Assembly: GCA_016933055.1 (NCBI GenBank)
Contig: JAFGBS010000027.1
Location: forward strand, 30,001-62,000
Length of the DNA: 32,000 nt
Reading direction: 5' to 3'
Source of the DNA: Promethearchaeota archaeon
GTDB taxonomy: Archaea; Asgardarchaeota; Lokiarchaeia; Sigyniarchaeales; Promethearchaeaceae
Part shown: positions 1-9,067 of the stretch, one piece after another
Layout: each line of letters begins with the position of its first letter
Numbering within the stretch: the stretch's first letter is position 1
Translations under genes and position numbers: made by a program
The notes under the pieces: generated by a model
The model's database searches: none
What the model saw: only the letters and a program-made list of their open reading frames with translations
What the model was told of the DNA's origin: nothing

Positions 1-2268
1 AGCCCGTGCAAAAGCAATGAGCTGTCGCTGTCCGGTAGAGATATTAACTCCCCCTTCTTTGATTGAGGTTTGATATTTATCGGGAAGTTTTTCTACGAAA
101 TTATGTAACCCAAGGAATTTCGAAATTTCTACCATCCTTAGTCGATCATCTTCAACTGGATTTTCAATTGCATAAAGCAAATTATTTTCGATGGTGTCAC
201 TGAATACGAAAATGTCTTGGGGAACCATGGAAATATATTCACGGAGGGTTTCCTTTTTTATTTTACGAATATCAATTCCATCCAGAGTAATCTTGCCGTC
301 ATCTACATCATAAAATCGCGCAATTAATTTGATGATGGTTGTCTTGCCTGCACCCGTATGACCCACTATTGCAATAGTTTTTCCTGCGGGTATTGAGAGA
401 TTTAAATTCTTTAGAACGTATCCTTTTGATTGTTCATGTTGAATTAATCGAATTTGTTCTTTGATGATTTGTTGCACATGAATAGGCAGTTCTGCAATTT
501 TTGCAGGGGGAACGTTCATTTGAGCAAGAAACCGTGCAATTTGCGAGGAATCCACTTTTTGACTTCCTTGTCCACGTCCGCTTATCATATTACCTCCTTC
601 ACCAGATTGTTGTCTTCCCCCCATCGAAGATACATTCATTTGTTGCTTTATGGCTTTTTCTAGCATATTAGTCATATTTTGGAACATCTGTTCCTTTTGA
701 GGAGTCCACTCTTGAGGGAGGAGGTCTTCATCATTGCCTGGTATCTCGACTCCACCAAAATCATTTTTGCACTCGGGGTGATTTTCAGCATACTGTGTTC
801 CGGGAACTGCATAACCGTAAGAACCCAAAATAGTATCAATCTTTTCGGGTATTGTCTTGAGATCTGTACCCATCAACTGCATGAATAAAGTTCGTCTAAT
901 CTGGGATGGAATTGTTGGCAATTGCTCCAATAAGTAGGAAGAGTATGGTTCTGGGAATTGTTTTACACGTTCTAATGCCATTTGGATCATGGGATTTTTA
1001 GCTGGCAAGAGTTCTGAATCTTTTTCTGAATCATCTCTTTTTTCATAGTTCTCTTCTGATCCATTCAAGCTGTATGCAAAGGATACATTTTGGAATTGGA
1101 TTGTTCCGTTTACTTGATTTAAAGATAAGGGATTTTTCGGTTCCTTGATTTCTACTCTTGTTTCAAGCAACGATAATATCCTATCTGCACTTGCAAATGC
1201 TGATTCGATGATGTTTTGAATCTGCAATAACATCATGAATGGTCGGAAAAATTGAGACAACATGGAAATAAACGCAGTTAACGTACCAACGGATGCGGCT
1301 ATCCCTAAAAGACTAATGTCTTTTACATAGAGAATACCTCCGGAAACCAGTATTCCAATTGTAAGTATTGTTGTAATGAATTGGATTGCAGGGATGAAGG
1401 TACCCATTAATCTTCGAATTTGGTACATCGCCTCGTAGTTCTGCTTATTTGCTTCGTTAAATTCATTTATTGCTTTCTCTTCTTGACCAAAAGCTTTTAC
1501 AGTTTTTCCTCCCTCAATATTTTGTTGAATCGAGGATGTTACTCCGCTAATGGTTTTTCTAGCTTTCTTGAAAGCTCTTATTGCAAATTTCCTAAATAAC
1601 CACATTAGAAATATGAAAACTGGGATAATTGTAAGACTGAAGAGCGTCAAGATTGGATTTAACAGAAACATTATGACTAGTGTGAGAATAATACTGATAA
1701 TACTCGTGATGATTTCTACGAATTGACCACCCACAAGCATATTTAGTTGATCAATATCATTAGTTAAGATAGAAATTATGTCACCAGAGGGTCTACTATC
1801 AAAAAATGATAAACTCATACCTTGCAGCTGGGAAAATTGGTCATTTCGTATGGACAAAACTACTTTTTGAGATAGTACCCCCATACCCATTAAACTGAGA
1901 TAATTAGAAACTCCTACAATGATTACCATTATTCCATATAATAGTGAGCGTGATTGTAGGAATTGCAATCGATCTGGTACTGCTGTATTCAATATACGAT
2001 CAATTATGCGTGCGGATAAGAGGGGGATAAATCCATTTATTACGGTCCCAACAATTAATAAAAAAAACAAAATGACGAATTTACCGCGATAGGGAGTTAA
2101 ATATGAAAAAATCCACTTCCATAAGGTTTTTCGAGAATGATCTAATTTACTTTTTCCTTCCATAAAGATCGGAGGCCCTCTACGAAATCCCGGTTGTCTT
2201 GGTTTATTTTCTAATTCTTGTTGTCTTTCTTGTTTAGTCTTATCTTTCTGTACATCTGCTTGACTCAT
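1..2268 (-). CDS. ABC exporter half-transporter (TMD+NBD, TM288-like subunit), 3'-partial, with ~210-aa insertion in the NBD
   Basis: Not in the ORF track because it has no stop in the window. ATG at 2268-2266 overlaps the upstream TGA (ATGA). Manual translation: MSQADVQKDK...GFRRGPPIFMEGK...SFFDSRPSGDIISILTNDIDQL (TMD)...AFASADRILSLL...IQFQNVSFAYS-[insert]-YVLKNLNLSIPAGKTIAIVGHTGAGKTT (Walker A)...EGGVNISTGQRQLIAFARA (non-canonical signature) at the window edge. No stops in the segments translated. Confidence 0.93.
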   Translation of the reverse strand, partial: MSQADVQKDKTKQERQQELENKPRQPGFRRGPPIFMEGKSKLDHSRKTLWKWIFSYLTPYRGKFVILFFLLIVGTVINGFIPLLSARIIDRILNTAVPDRLQFLQSRSLLYGIMVIIVGVSNYLSLMGMGVLSQKVVLSIRNDQFSQLQGMSLSFFDSRPSGDIISILTNDIDQLNMLVGGQFVEIITSIISIILTLVIMFLLNPILTLFSLTIIPVFIFLMWLFRKFAIRAFKKARKTISGVTSSIQQNIEGGKTVKAFGQEEKAINEFNEANKQNYEAMYQIRRLMGTFIPAIQFITTILTIGILVSGGILYVKDISLLGIAASVGTLTAFISMLSQFFRPFMMLLQIQNIIESAFASADRILSLLETRVEIKEPKNPLSLNQVNGTIQFQNVSFAYSLNGSEENYEKRDDSEKDSELLPAKNPMIQMALERVKQFPEPYSSYLLEQLPTIPSQIRRTLFMQLMGTDLKTIPEKIDTILGSYGYAVPGTQYAENHPECKNDFGGVEIPGNDEDLLPQEWTPQKEQMFQNMTNMLEKAIKQQMNVSSMGGRQQSGEGGNMISGRGQGSQKVDSSQIARFLAQMNVPPAKIAELPIHVQQIIKEQIRLIQHEQSKGYVLKNLNLSIPAGKTIAIVGHTGAGKTTIIKLIARFYDVDDGKITLDGIDIRKIKKETLREYISMVPQDIFVFSDTIENNLLYAIENPVEDDRLRMVEISKFLGLHNFVEKLPDKYQTSIKEGGVNISTGQRQLIAFARA

Positions 2269-4052
2269 TGAAATTTCCCTCCAGGAATAACGGGTGAAGA
2301 ATATTCGAACCCACCTTTTTGCTTCCTATACAAGGTTTCATAGATTTGCTTGTAAAGCACATTATCTTTCATTAATTCTTCATGTTCTCCCATTCCAACG
2401 ATTCTTCCCTTATCCAAAACGATAATAATATCCACATTGCGAATCGTAGAGACGCGTTGGGTTATGATGAAAGTTGTTGTATTTTGCATTACCTGTTCGA
2501 GGGCTGATTGAATTTTATATTCTGTTTCAACATCGACCGAAGACGTAGAATCATCAAAAATAAGAATACCAGGTCGAACTAGAATAGCTCTGGCAATGGA
2601 TAATCTTTGTTTCTGGCCTCCACTGAGTCTCGTACCTCTTTCCCCTACTAAACTATCGTATCCATCTGATAAAGATTCAATAAATGCATCCAAATTGGCA
2701 ATTTTTGCAACTCTCTTAATTTCTTCAAGAGTAGCGTCATCTTTACCAAATGATATATTTTCTGCAATGGAACGGTTAAACATGAACGTTTCTTGACTTA
2801 CAATTCCGATATTTTTTCTTAAATCTTGAATTTTATAATCTCTAACATCAACCCCGTCAATTTTCACAGCCCCTTGATGAACATCATAAAATCGCGGTAA
2901 GAGATTAATGATACTAGATTTCCCAGAGCCAGTGGTCCCAATTATTGCAATCTTTGCTCCCGGTGGCACTTTGAAAGAAATATTATGTAAAATCGGGTTA
3001 CTCTGGAGATACCCGAATGTAACATGTTCGAATTCTACTTTTCCTTTGAAACCTTTGGTGGGTACGGGAACCGCATCTTTTTTTTCTTGTACATCTGGTT
3101 GAGAATCAAATACCTCTTGAATTCGTACCAATGAGGAATCTGCTTGTACAAAGGCCAACATAATGTTAGAAAATATGGTAATTGACCAAGTGGAGTACCC
3201 AATGTACGATATTACCGTAGATATAATAGAAAAGGGTATCTCACCACTGAGATATAACCGACCACCAGACATTAGTGCTAATACAAACATCAAACCAACA
3301 ATTACAACGTTTAAAGGTAAAAAAACACTGGACCATTTAGCCGATTTCACACTTGCATTATAAAAAGCAGTATTTTTTCCGTCAAATTTTCTCTTTGCTT
3401 TCTTCTGGTTGGAAAAAATACGTACTACTTGAGCACCTAATATATTCTCCTGCATTTGTGAGGTCAAATCTCCAAATGTGACTCGAGTTTCTAGAAAAAT
3501 AGGCTTCAATTTGTAAGTAATGAGTAGAGAAGCAATAAGAGATATTGGAATGCCAGCGAATATCCATGCCAGACGTATTTCTAAGAGTATAGTCGATGTT
3601 ACAACGCCCACCATCTGAAATAACGCTTGGATTCCAGTAGCAAGTCCAAATCCAAAAATTTGAGTAGTTTGTTCCACATCGCTGGTTGCTCTTGAAATTA
3701 ATTGCCCCGTTTCTTGTCTGTCAAAGTAGGCAAACGATTGTTTGTAAATTGCAGTTTGTAAATCACTACGAAGCTCATATTGTGCTCGAGAAGAGACTTC
3801 TGCACTTTTTATTCTACCCCATCGACCGAATAAGAATCCAAAAAAACCAAATAACACTGAAATACCAAAATAAGTCCATAAATGACTGATTTCTGGTTTT
3901 GGGACACTAGGATCGAGTGCACCAACTAATCTCCCAATAAAAATTGGAGGAAATAGTGATGTTGCTACTGAAATAGCCTGGAAGAGAAAAGATAACCAGA
4001 AATTTCGCTTACTCCTCATCCAATACTTGATAATCATGCGCAAGGAATTCAT
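2265..4052 (-). CDS. ABC exporter half-transporter (TM287-like, degenerate-site subunit)
   Basis: N-terminal 6-TM domain; Walker A GTTGSGKS, signature LSGGQKQR, Walker B ILIFDDS (D replaces catalytic E), switch ITQR (Q replaces H). Confidence 0.95.
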   Translation of the reverse strand: MNSLRMIIKYWMRSKRNFWLSFLFQAISVATSLFPPIFIGRLVGALDPSVPKPEISHLWTYFGISVLFGFFGFLFGRWGRIKSAEVSSRAQYELRSDLQTAIYKQSFAYFDRQETGQLISRATSDVEQTTQIFGFGLATGIQALFQMVGVVTSTILLEIRLAWIFAGIPISLIASLLITYKLKPIFLETRVTFGDLTSQMQENILGAQVVRIFSNQKKAKRKFDGKNTAFYNASVKSAKWSSVFLPLNVVIVGLMFVLALMSGGRLYLSGEIPFSIISTVISYIGYSTWSITIFSNIMLAFVQADSSLVRIQEVFDSQPDVQEKKDAVPVPTKGFKGKVEFEHVTFGYLQSNPILHNISFKVPPGAKIAIIGTTGSGKSSIINLLPRFYDVHQGAVKIDGVDVRDYKIQDLRKNIGIVSQETFMFNRSIAENISFGKDDATLEEIKRVAKIANLDAFIESLSDGYDSLVGERGTRLSGGQKQRLSIARAILVRPGILIFDDSTSSVDVETEYKIQSALEQVMQNTTTFIITQRVSTIRNVDIIIVLDKGRIVGMGEHEELMKDNVLYKQIYETLYRKQKGGFEYSSPVIPGGKFQ

Positions 4053-4056
4053 TTTC

Positions 4057-5946
4057 TTAGCTCTCCGTCTGATGTGTTTCGAGAAGAGGTGTAGAAACTC
4101 CTACTCTATCTTCAAATTGACTATAATGTAATTCCGCGTAGAAACCGTTTTTGGCGATTAGCTCACTATGTGTACCTTGTTCCACAATATCCCCCTCGTT
4201 CATAACAAGTATTAGATCAGCATCTCGAATTGTCGAAAGTCGGTGGGCAATCACAAAACTTGTACGATTTTTCATTAAATCGTCCATTGCTCTTTGAATT
4301 AGGATTTCGGTTCGAGTGTCTACTGAGCTCGTAGCTTCATCCAGTATCAAAATCGAAGGATTGGCTAGTACTGCCCGCGCGATAGTTAAGAGTTGCATCT
4401 GTCCTTGGGAAATATTCGTTACTTCTTCATTAAGAACCATGTTGTAGCCATCGGGCAGTGTTCGAATAAAATGATCAGCGTTTGCAGTTTTAGCAGCTTC
4501 AATTACTTCTTCATCCGTTGCATCCGGTCGACCGTAACGGATGTTTTCTATAATAGACCCGTTGAATAACCATGTGTCTTGAAGGACCATCCCAAAGCAG
4601 CTTCTCAAGCTTTCTCGGGAATATTCACGAATATCATGTCCATCTACAATAATCGCTCCATTTTTCACATCATAAAACCGCATGAGTAGTTTTACCATGG
4701 TTGTCTTGCCAGCTCCAGTAGGTCCAACAATTGCAATTTTTTTACCCGGGTGGGCAACAGCAGAGAAATTTTTTATAATAATCTTGTTGGGGTTATATCC
4801 GAATTCTACATTTTGGAATTCTACTAACCCTTCAATACACATATTTACAAATGGAGTTTTACTATCGGCAATTTCTTCCTCCTCTTCCAAAAATTCAAAC
4901 ACTCTCTCAGCAGCAGCTGCAGTTTGTTGGAATGTATTAGATATATTAGCGATTTGGGTTAATGGACGTGTAAACGTTCGAACATATTGAATAAAAGCTT
5001 GAATGTTTCCTAATGTAATCGTACCATTAGCGGTTAAGATACCTCCTAATACTGCAACTACGACATAACCTAAATTACCAATAAATGTCATGATGGGCAT
5101 CATAAGACCAGCATAAAATTGAGATTTCCATGCGGATTCATAGAGTTCAGTATTGTGCTTATCAAATTTCTTCAAACTCTTTTCTTCCCCATTAAAAGCT
5201 TTCATCACCAGATGCCCTCCATACATTTCCTCAACATGCCCATTAATATGTCCTAAGGAATCTTGTTGTTGTTTGAAATATTTCTGTGAACGTTTAATTA
5301 TGACTCCAAGAAACAAGAGAGATAAGGGGATTATCACTAAAGATACCACTGTGAGTAACCAACTGATCGAGAACATCATCACTAATACACCGACAAGAGT
5401 AACCAGTGATGTTATGAGTTGAGTTAAGTTTTGACTTAAATTTTGATTTACTGTATCCACATCATTTGTAAATCTGGAAAGGACTTCTCCTTGTGTAGTG
5501 TTGTCAAAATATTTTAATGGCATCCTGTTTACTTTATCTGAAAGTTCCTTTCTCATTCGATATGCGATATCAGTACTAACATTCGCCATTATCCAACCCA
5601 TAACATAACTGAATAGAGCAGAAACAAGATAAAGACCTAACACAATCAATAATATTTTTCCAATCTCCCAAAAATCAATTGAACCTGTTCCGGAAATTTG
5701 TGCGATCAGTCCCTCAAATAGAGTTGTGGTAGCCCTTCCAAGAATTTTTGGTCCGACAATTGCTGCAACTGTTGATAACACTGCAAAAAAAAGAACTATT
5801 AGGAGAGACCATTGATACTTTCGCATATACTGGAACAATTTTTTCATTGCAGTGCTGAAATTCTTTGCTTTTTCCGTTCCCATTGCCATTGGTCCATGAC
5901 CACCTGGGCCAGAGGGTCCACGACGTTGTTTTGATGGTCCCATCAT
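4057..5946 (-). CDS. ABC exporter half-transporter (TM288-like, consensus-site subunit)
   Basis: Gly/Pro-rich N-terminal leader; Walker A GPTGAGKT, non-canonical signature ISQGQMQ, Walker B LILDEATS, switch IAHRLST. ATGA overlap with the upstream gene. Confidence 0.95.
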   Translation of the reverse strand: MMGPSKQRRGPSGPGGHGPMAMGTEKAKNFSTAMKKLFQYMRKYQWSLLIVLFFAVLSTVAAIVGPKILGRATTTLFEGLIAQISGTGSIDFWEIGKILLIVLGLYLVSALFSYVMGWIMANVSTDIAYRMRKELSDKVNRMPLKYFDNTTQGEVLSRFTNDVDTVNQNLSQNLTQLITSLVTLVGVLVMMFSISWLLTVVSLVIIPLSLLFLGVIIKRSQKYFKQQQDSLGHINGHVEEMYGGHLVMKAFNGEEKSLKKFDKHNTELYESAWKSQFYAGLMMPIMTFIGNLGYVVVAVLGGILTANGTITLGNIQAFIQYVRTFTRPLTQIANISNTFQQTAAAAERVFEFLEEEEEIADSKTPFVNMCIEGLVEFQNVEFGYNPNKIIIKNFSAVAHPGKKIAIVGPTGAGKTTMVKLLMRFYDVKNGAIIVDGHDIREYSRESLRSCFGMVLQDTWLFNGSIIENIRYGRPDATDEEVIEAAKTANADHFIRTLPDGYNMVLNEEVTNISQGQMQLLTIARAVLANPSILILDEATSSVDTRTEILIQRAMDDLMKNRTSFVIAHRLSTIRDADLILVMNEGDIVEQGTHSELIAKNGFYAELHYSQFEDRVGVSTPLLETHQTES

Positions 5947-8162
5947 GACAATGCATCCTCCTTAAGTTGCGAAAAAGCTATTTCTCTGTAAGTTTCGCAT
6001 GTTTTCAATAATTCGTTGTGTGTTCCTTTTCCTACAATTTTACCTTCCTCTAATACTATAATTTGTTCAGCATACATGACCGTGGAAACTCGCTGTGTAA
6101 CGATTAACACAGTGCAATCTCCTATATATTTCTTTAGCGCACGTCTTAAGGCTGCATCCGTCTTAAAATCGAGAGCAGAGAAACTATCATCAAAAATTAG
6201 AATAGGTGACTGTCTTATCAATGCCCGAGCAATCGATAAGCGTTGTTTTTGCCCCCCACTGACGTTCGATCCTCCTTGAGAAATTGCTCTTGAAAATCCT
6301 TCAGAACTGGATTCAATGAATTGCTTTGCTTGAGCGATTTCAATAACTGATTGAATTAATTCCTGATCTGCATTTTCATTTGCATACCTCATATTACTCT
6401 CAATCGTGCCAGAAAAAAGAGTATTTTTTTGAGGAACATACCCTATTTGTTTCCGAAGATCATCTTGAGTTATGTCCCGTATATCTATTCCATCTATTAA
6501 AATTTCACCTGAGCTTATATCATAAAACCGGGGAATCAAATTAACGAGTGTAGATTTCCCTGAACCAGTTGCTCCAATCAAAGCAGTGGTTTCTCCAGGT
6601 TTTGCAGTGAAACTGATACTATGCAAAGCATCTTCCTCGCCTTTCGGGTATCGAAATGATACATTGCGAAATTCAATCAATCCTTGCGGTGGCTTAGAAA
6701 ATGTTTTAGGTTTTATGGGATCATTGATGATAGGTTCAGTATTTAATACCTCTCGGATTCGTGTTGCAGAAACGGATGCACGAGGTAGGATTATAAACAT
6801 CACTGAAATCATAAGAAAAGACATCACAATCTGCATTGCATAAGTGAGAAAAGCCATAAGATCTCCCACTTGCATAGTTGCATCGGCAATTTCATGTCCT
6901 CCGACCCAAATAATTCCAATAGTAAGTCCATTCATTATGAGCATCATCATTGGCATGAGAATAACTATAATGCGATTGGTAAATAGAGTAACTTTTGTGA
7001 GATCCAAATTTGCCTTATCAAACCGTTTTTCTTCAAACTTTTGTCTGTTGAATGCTCGTATAACCATTATACCAGATAAATGTTCCCGAGCCACCAAATT
7101 CAAGCGATCGATTAAAATTTGCATACTTTTGAATTTAGGATAACCCACTGCAAAAGTGATCATTACCAAACCTATTAATATAAGGACTGCTAATGCAATT
7201 ATCCACCACATGGATTGCGCTTTGCCTAATGCTCTGATTATTCCTCCAATACCCATAAGAGGAGCAAATGCAACTAAACGGATTAGGAAAAAAATGACCA
7301 TTTGGAGTTGAGTAACATCATTAGTTGAGCGAGTAATTAAGGAAGCTGTAGAATATTTATCAAATTCTGTGCTTGAGAATCCTTCTACTTTTTCAAAGAC
7401 GTCATACCGAACGTCTCGGGCCATTCGGGCGGCTACTTGAGAGGCAAAATACCCCACAAATATTGTACATACTACAGACAGTAAAGTAAATAGTAACATG
7501 AATGCCCCCACTCGGAGGATGTAATTGCGCTGTAATTTGTCCATATCCATGCCCACAGAAATATATTCTGCACGAATAGCTGTAACTGTTATCTGATCGA
7601 TCCAGCTTTCACCTAACGCTGAAAAACTATCATAGATACCTTCCGCAATCATAGAACGAACTGATAAAGGTAAAGTGGTTATATTATCCCAACTTGTTAT
7701 ATTAAATCCAATATCAAAACCCCTCTCGATGGCCATTTCTGGATTTAAGATAATCTGATTAATCGCAAAACTAGCCAGAATTGCTTTGGTCATATTTTGA
7801 TAAAGGTCAGTTTTATCTTTTCTCCTTAAATTATTAAGAACATAAACTGATTGATTTTCTAATAATGGATAATCATTAACATATTCGTCATAGTTCTCAG
7901 AACTATTATCTAATAGAGTGTAATATCCAAAAACCATTGATTCCGTTTCATTGTCCCAAAAAAGCGAGGTATAAAACATTTGTTCTTGACTATAGGCTAT
8001 TGGAGCTGAACTTTCAACCCCTCCATGCTGAATTCCTGTATCCACAATATTCGACATGTAATCAGGTAATAATAAATCTAAATTCACTTGTGCAAAGAGC
8101 AATGCAATGGCGAACAAAATCATACCGACATAGGGTTTTGCATATTTTACTATTCGAACCAT
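5943..8162 (-). CDS. ABC exporter half-transporter (TM287-like) with large TM1-TM2 extracytoplasmic loop
   Basis: Walker A GATGSGKS, signature VSGGQKQR, Walker B LIFDDSFSALD, switch VTQR. Loop of about 170 aa between the first two TM helices. Confidence 0.95.
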   Translation of the reverse strand: MVRIVKYAKPYVGMILFAIALLFAQVNLDLLLPDYMSNIVDTGIQHGGVESSAPIAYSQEQMFYTSLFWDNETESMVFGYYTLLDNSSENYDEYVNDYPLLENQSVYVLNNLRRKDKTDLYQNMTKAILASFAINQIILNPEMAIERGFDIGFNITSWDNITTLPLSVRSMIAEGIYDSFSALGESWIDQITVTAIRAEYISVGMDMDKLQRNYILRVGAFMLLFTLLSVVCTIFVGYFASQVAARMARDVRYDVFEKVEGFSSTEFDKYSTASLITRSTNDVTQLQMVIFFLIRLVAFAPLMGIGGIIRALGKAQSMWWIIALAVLILIGLVMITFAVGYPKFKSMQILIDRLNLVAREHLSGIMVIRAFNRQKFEEKRFDKANLDLTKVTLFTNRIIVILMPMMMLIMNGLTIGIIWVGGHEIADATMQVGDLMAFLTYAMQIVMSFLMISVMFIILPRASVSATRIREVLNTEPIINDPIKPKTFSKPPQGLIEFRNVSFRYPKGEEDALHSISFTAKPGETTALIGATGSGKSTLVNLIPRFYDISSGEILIDGIDIRDITQDDLRKQIGYVPQKNTLFSGTIESNMRYANENADQELIQSVIEIAQAKQFIESSSEGFSRAISQGGSNVSGGQKQRLSIARALIRQSPILIFDDSFSALDFKTDAALRRALKKYIGDCTVLIVTQRVSTVMYAEQIIVLEEGKIVGKGTHNELLKTCETYREIAFSQLKEDALS

Positions 8163-8164
8163 TT

Positions 8165-8692
8165 TTATGTATCCTTTTGTAGTTTTTCTTTCGCTTCCGT
8201 AATTTTCTTTAACATTTCTTGGTGAAATTCTTCCATTTCTTCTAGTTTTTCTCTTTTTTGGTCAACTGATTCATTACATGAAAGTATTTTATTAATAGGT
8301 CTAAATCTGCTGAAATCTTCTTGATGGAGATCTACCTCGTCTAAATATTGCTCTAAATGTTCCTGAACTGTTTCAAACATGGATAGAATTGTTTGTTTGA
8401 GAACTGCATGTCGTTGTTTCCCGAATTCATTCAGAAAATAGAAATGCTTCGGTCTCCCGGGTATTTCTACATCTTCTTCTTTCATATTAAGGTATCCCAT
8501 TTCGTGCATTTTTTTTATTGCTCGATAAATTCGGGTATGGGGAATATGGGGATCTATCTCTGTTAAATCGCCGTATGTGAAACCATTGGGATTATCATTA
8601 TTGGCAATTGTATTTAACAATAGCAATTCCTTGAAATTTTCCATAAATTTTTGCATGAAATCATGAATGTAACTCAATCGGTTTGTTGTCAA
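8165..8692 (-). CDS. PadR-family winged-helix transcriptional regulator with C-terminal coiled coil
   Basis: GFTYGDL...HTRIYRAIKKMHEMGYL...GRPKHFYFLNEFGK matches the PadR helix/wing pattern. First gene of the ABC operon (2-nt gap). TTG start; an ATG at MQKF is an alternative. Confidence 0.8.
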   Translation of the reverse strand: MTTNRLSYIHDFMQKFMENFKELLLLNTIANNDNPNGFTYGDLTEIDPHIPHTRIYRAIKKMHEMGYLNMKEEDVEIPGRPKHFYFLNEFGKQRHAVLKQTILSMFETVQEHLEQYLDEVDLHQEDFSRFRPINKILSCNESVDQKREKLEEMEEFHQEMLKKITEAKEKLQKDT

Positions 8693-8813
8693 ACTATATC
8701 ACAGATTTTTTTTCAAGATGAAAAAAAATATTGGTTCTTGAATTTAAAGATTTAGACTTACCTTTCTTTTTGTTTTTAAAATACAACCTAAGATCGTAAT
8801 TAGTAAAGTCATC

Positions 8814-8830
8814 ATACAGATTTTCTGTAT
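8814..8830. promoter_or_regulatory. Inverted repeat ATACAGA-TTT-TCTGTAT, candidate operator in the divergent padR / acyltransferase intergenic region
   Basis: Perfect 7-bp arms with a 3-nt spacer. The 9-mer ACAGATTTT recurs at 8701-8709, just upstream of the padR start. Confidence 0.35.
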
Positions 8831-9067
8831 AAGATATAACTGTGCAACTCATCGTTGACACAAATGCTTATGATAGAACCAATGCAATGTACACATATTA
8901 TCTGAGGATCTACCATACAATCGGTCAAAACAAGTAAAGATCTCTAGTTTTTCCTTTTTTTGTGTGTATCAGAATGATGAAAACCAGTAATTCAGTATGA
9001 ACTCTAAGTAAAATTCAGCGATATTATTAAATAGAAGATTAATCAATTATCTGTCTAGATAAAAACT

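Noticed and set aside
418-1071. Intein or intron as the explanation for the ABC NBD insertion
   Set aside because: No terminal His-Asn followed by Cys/Ser/Thr (it ends EQSKG-YVLK), no LAGLIDADG or Hint blocks recognised, and the frame is open and protein-like throughout.
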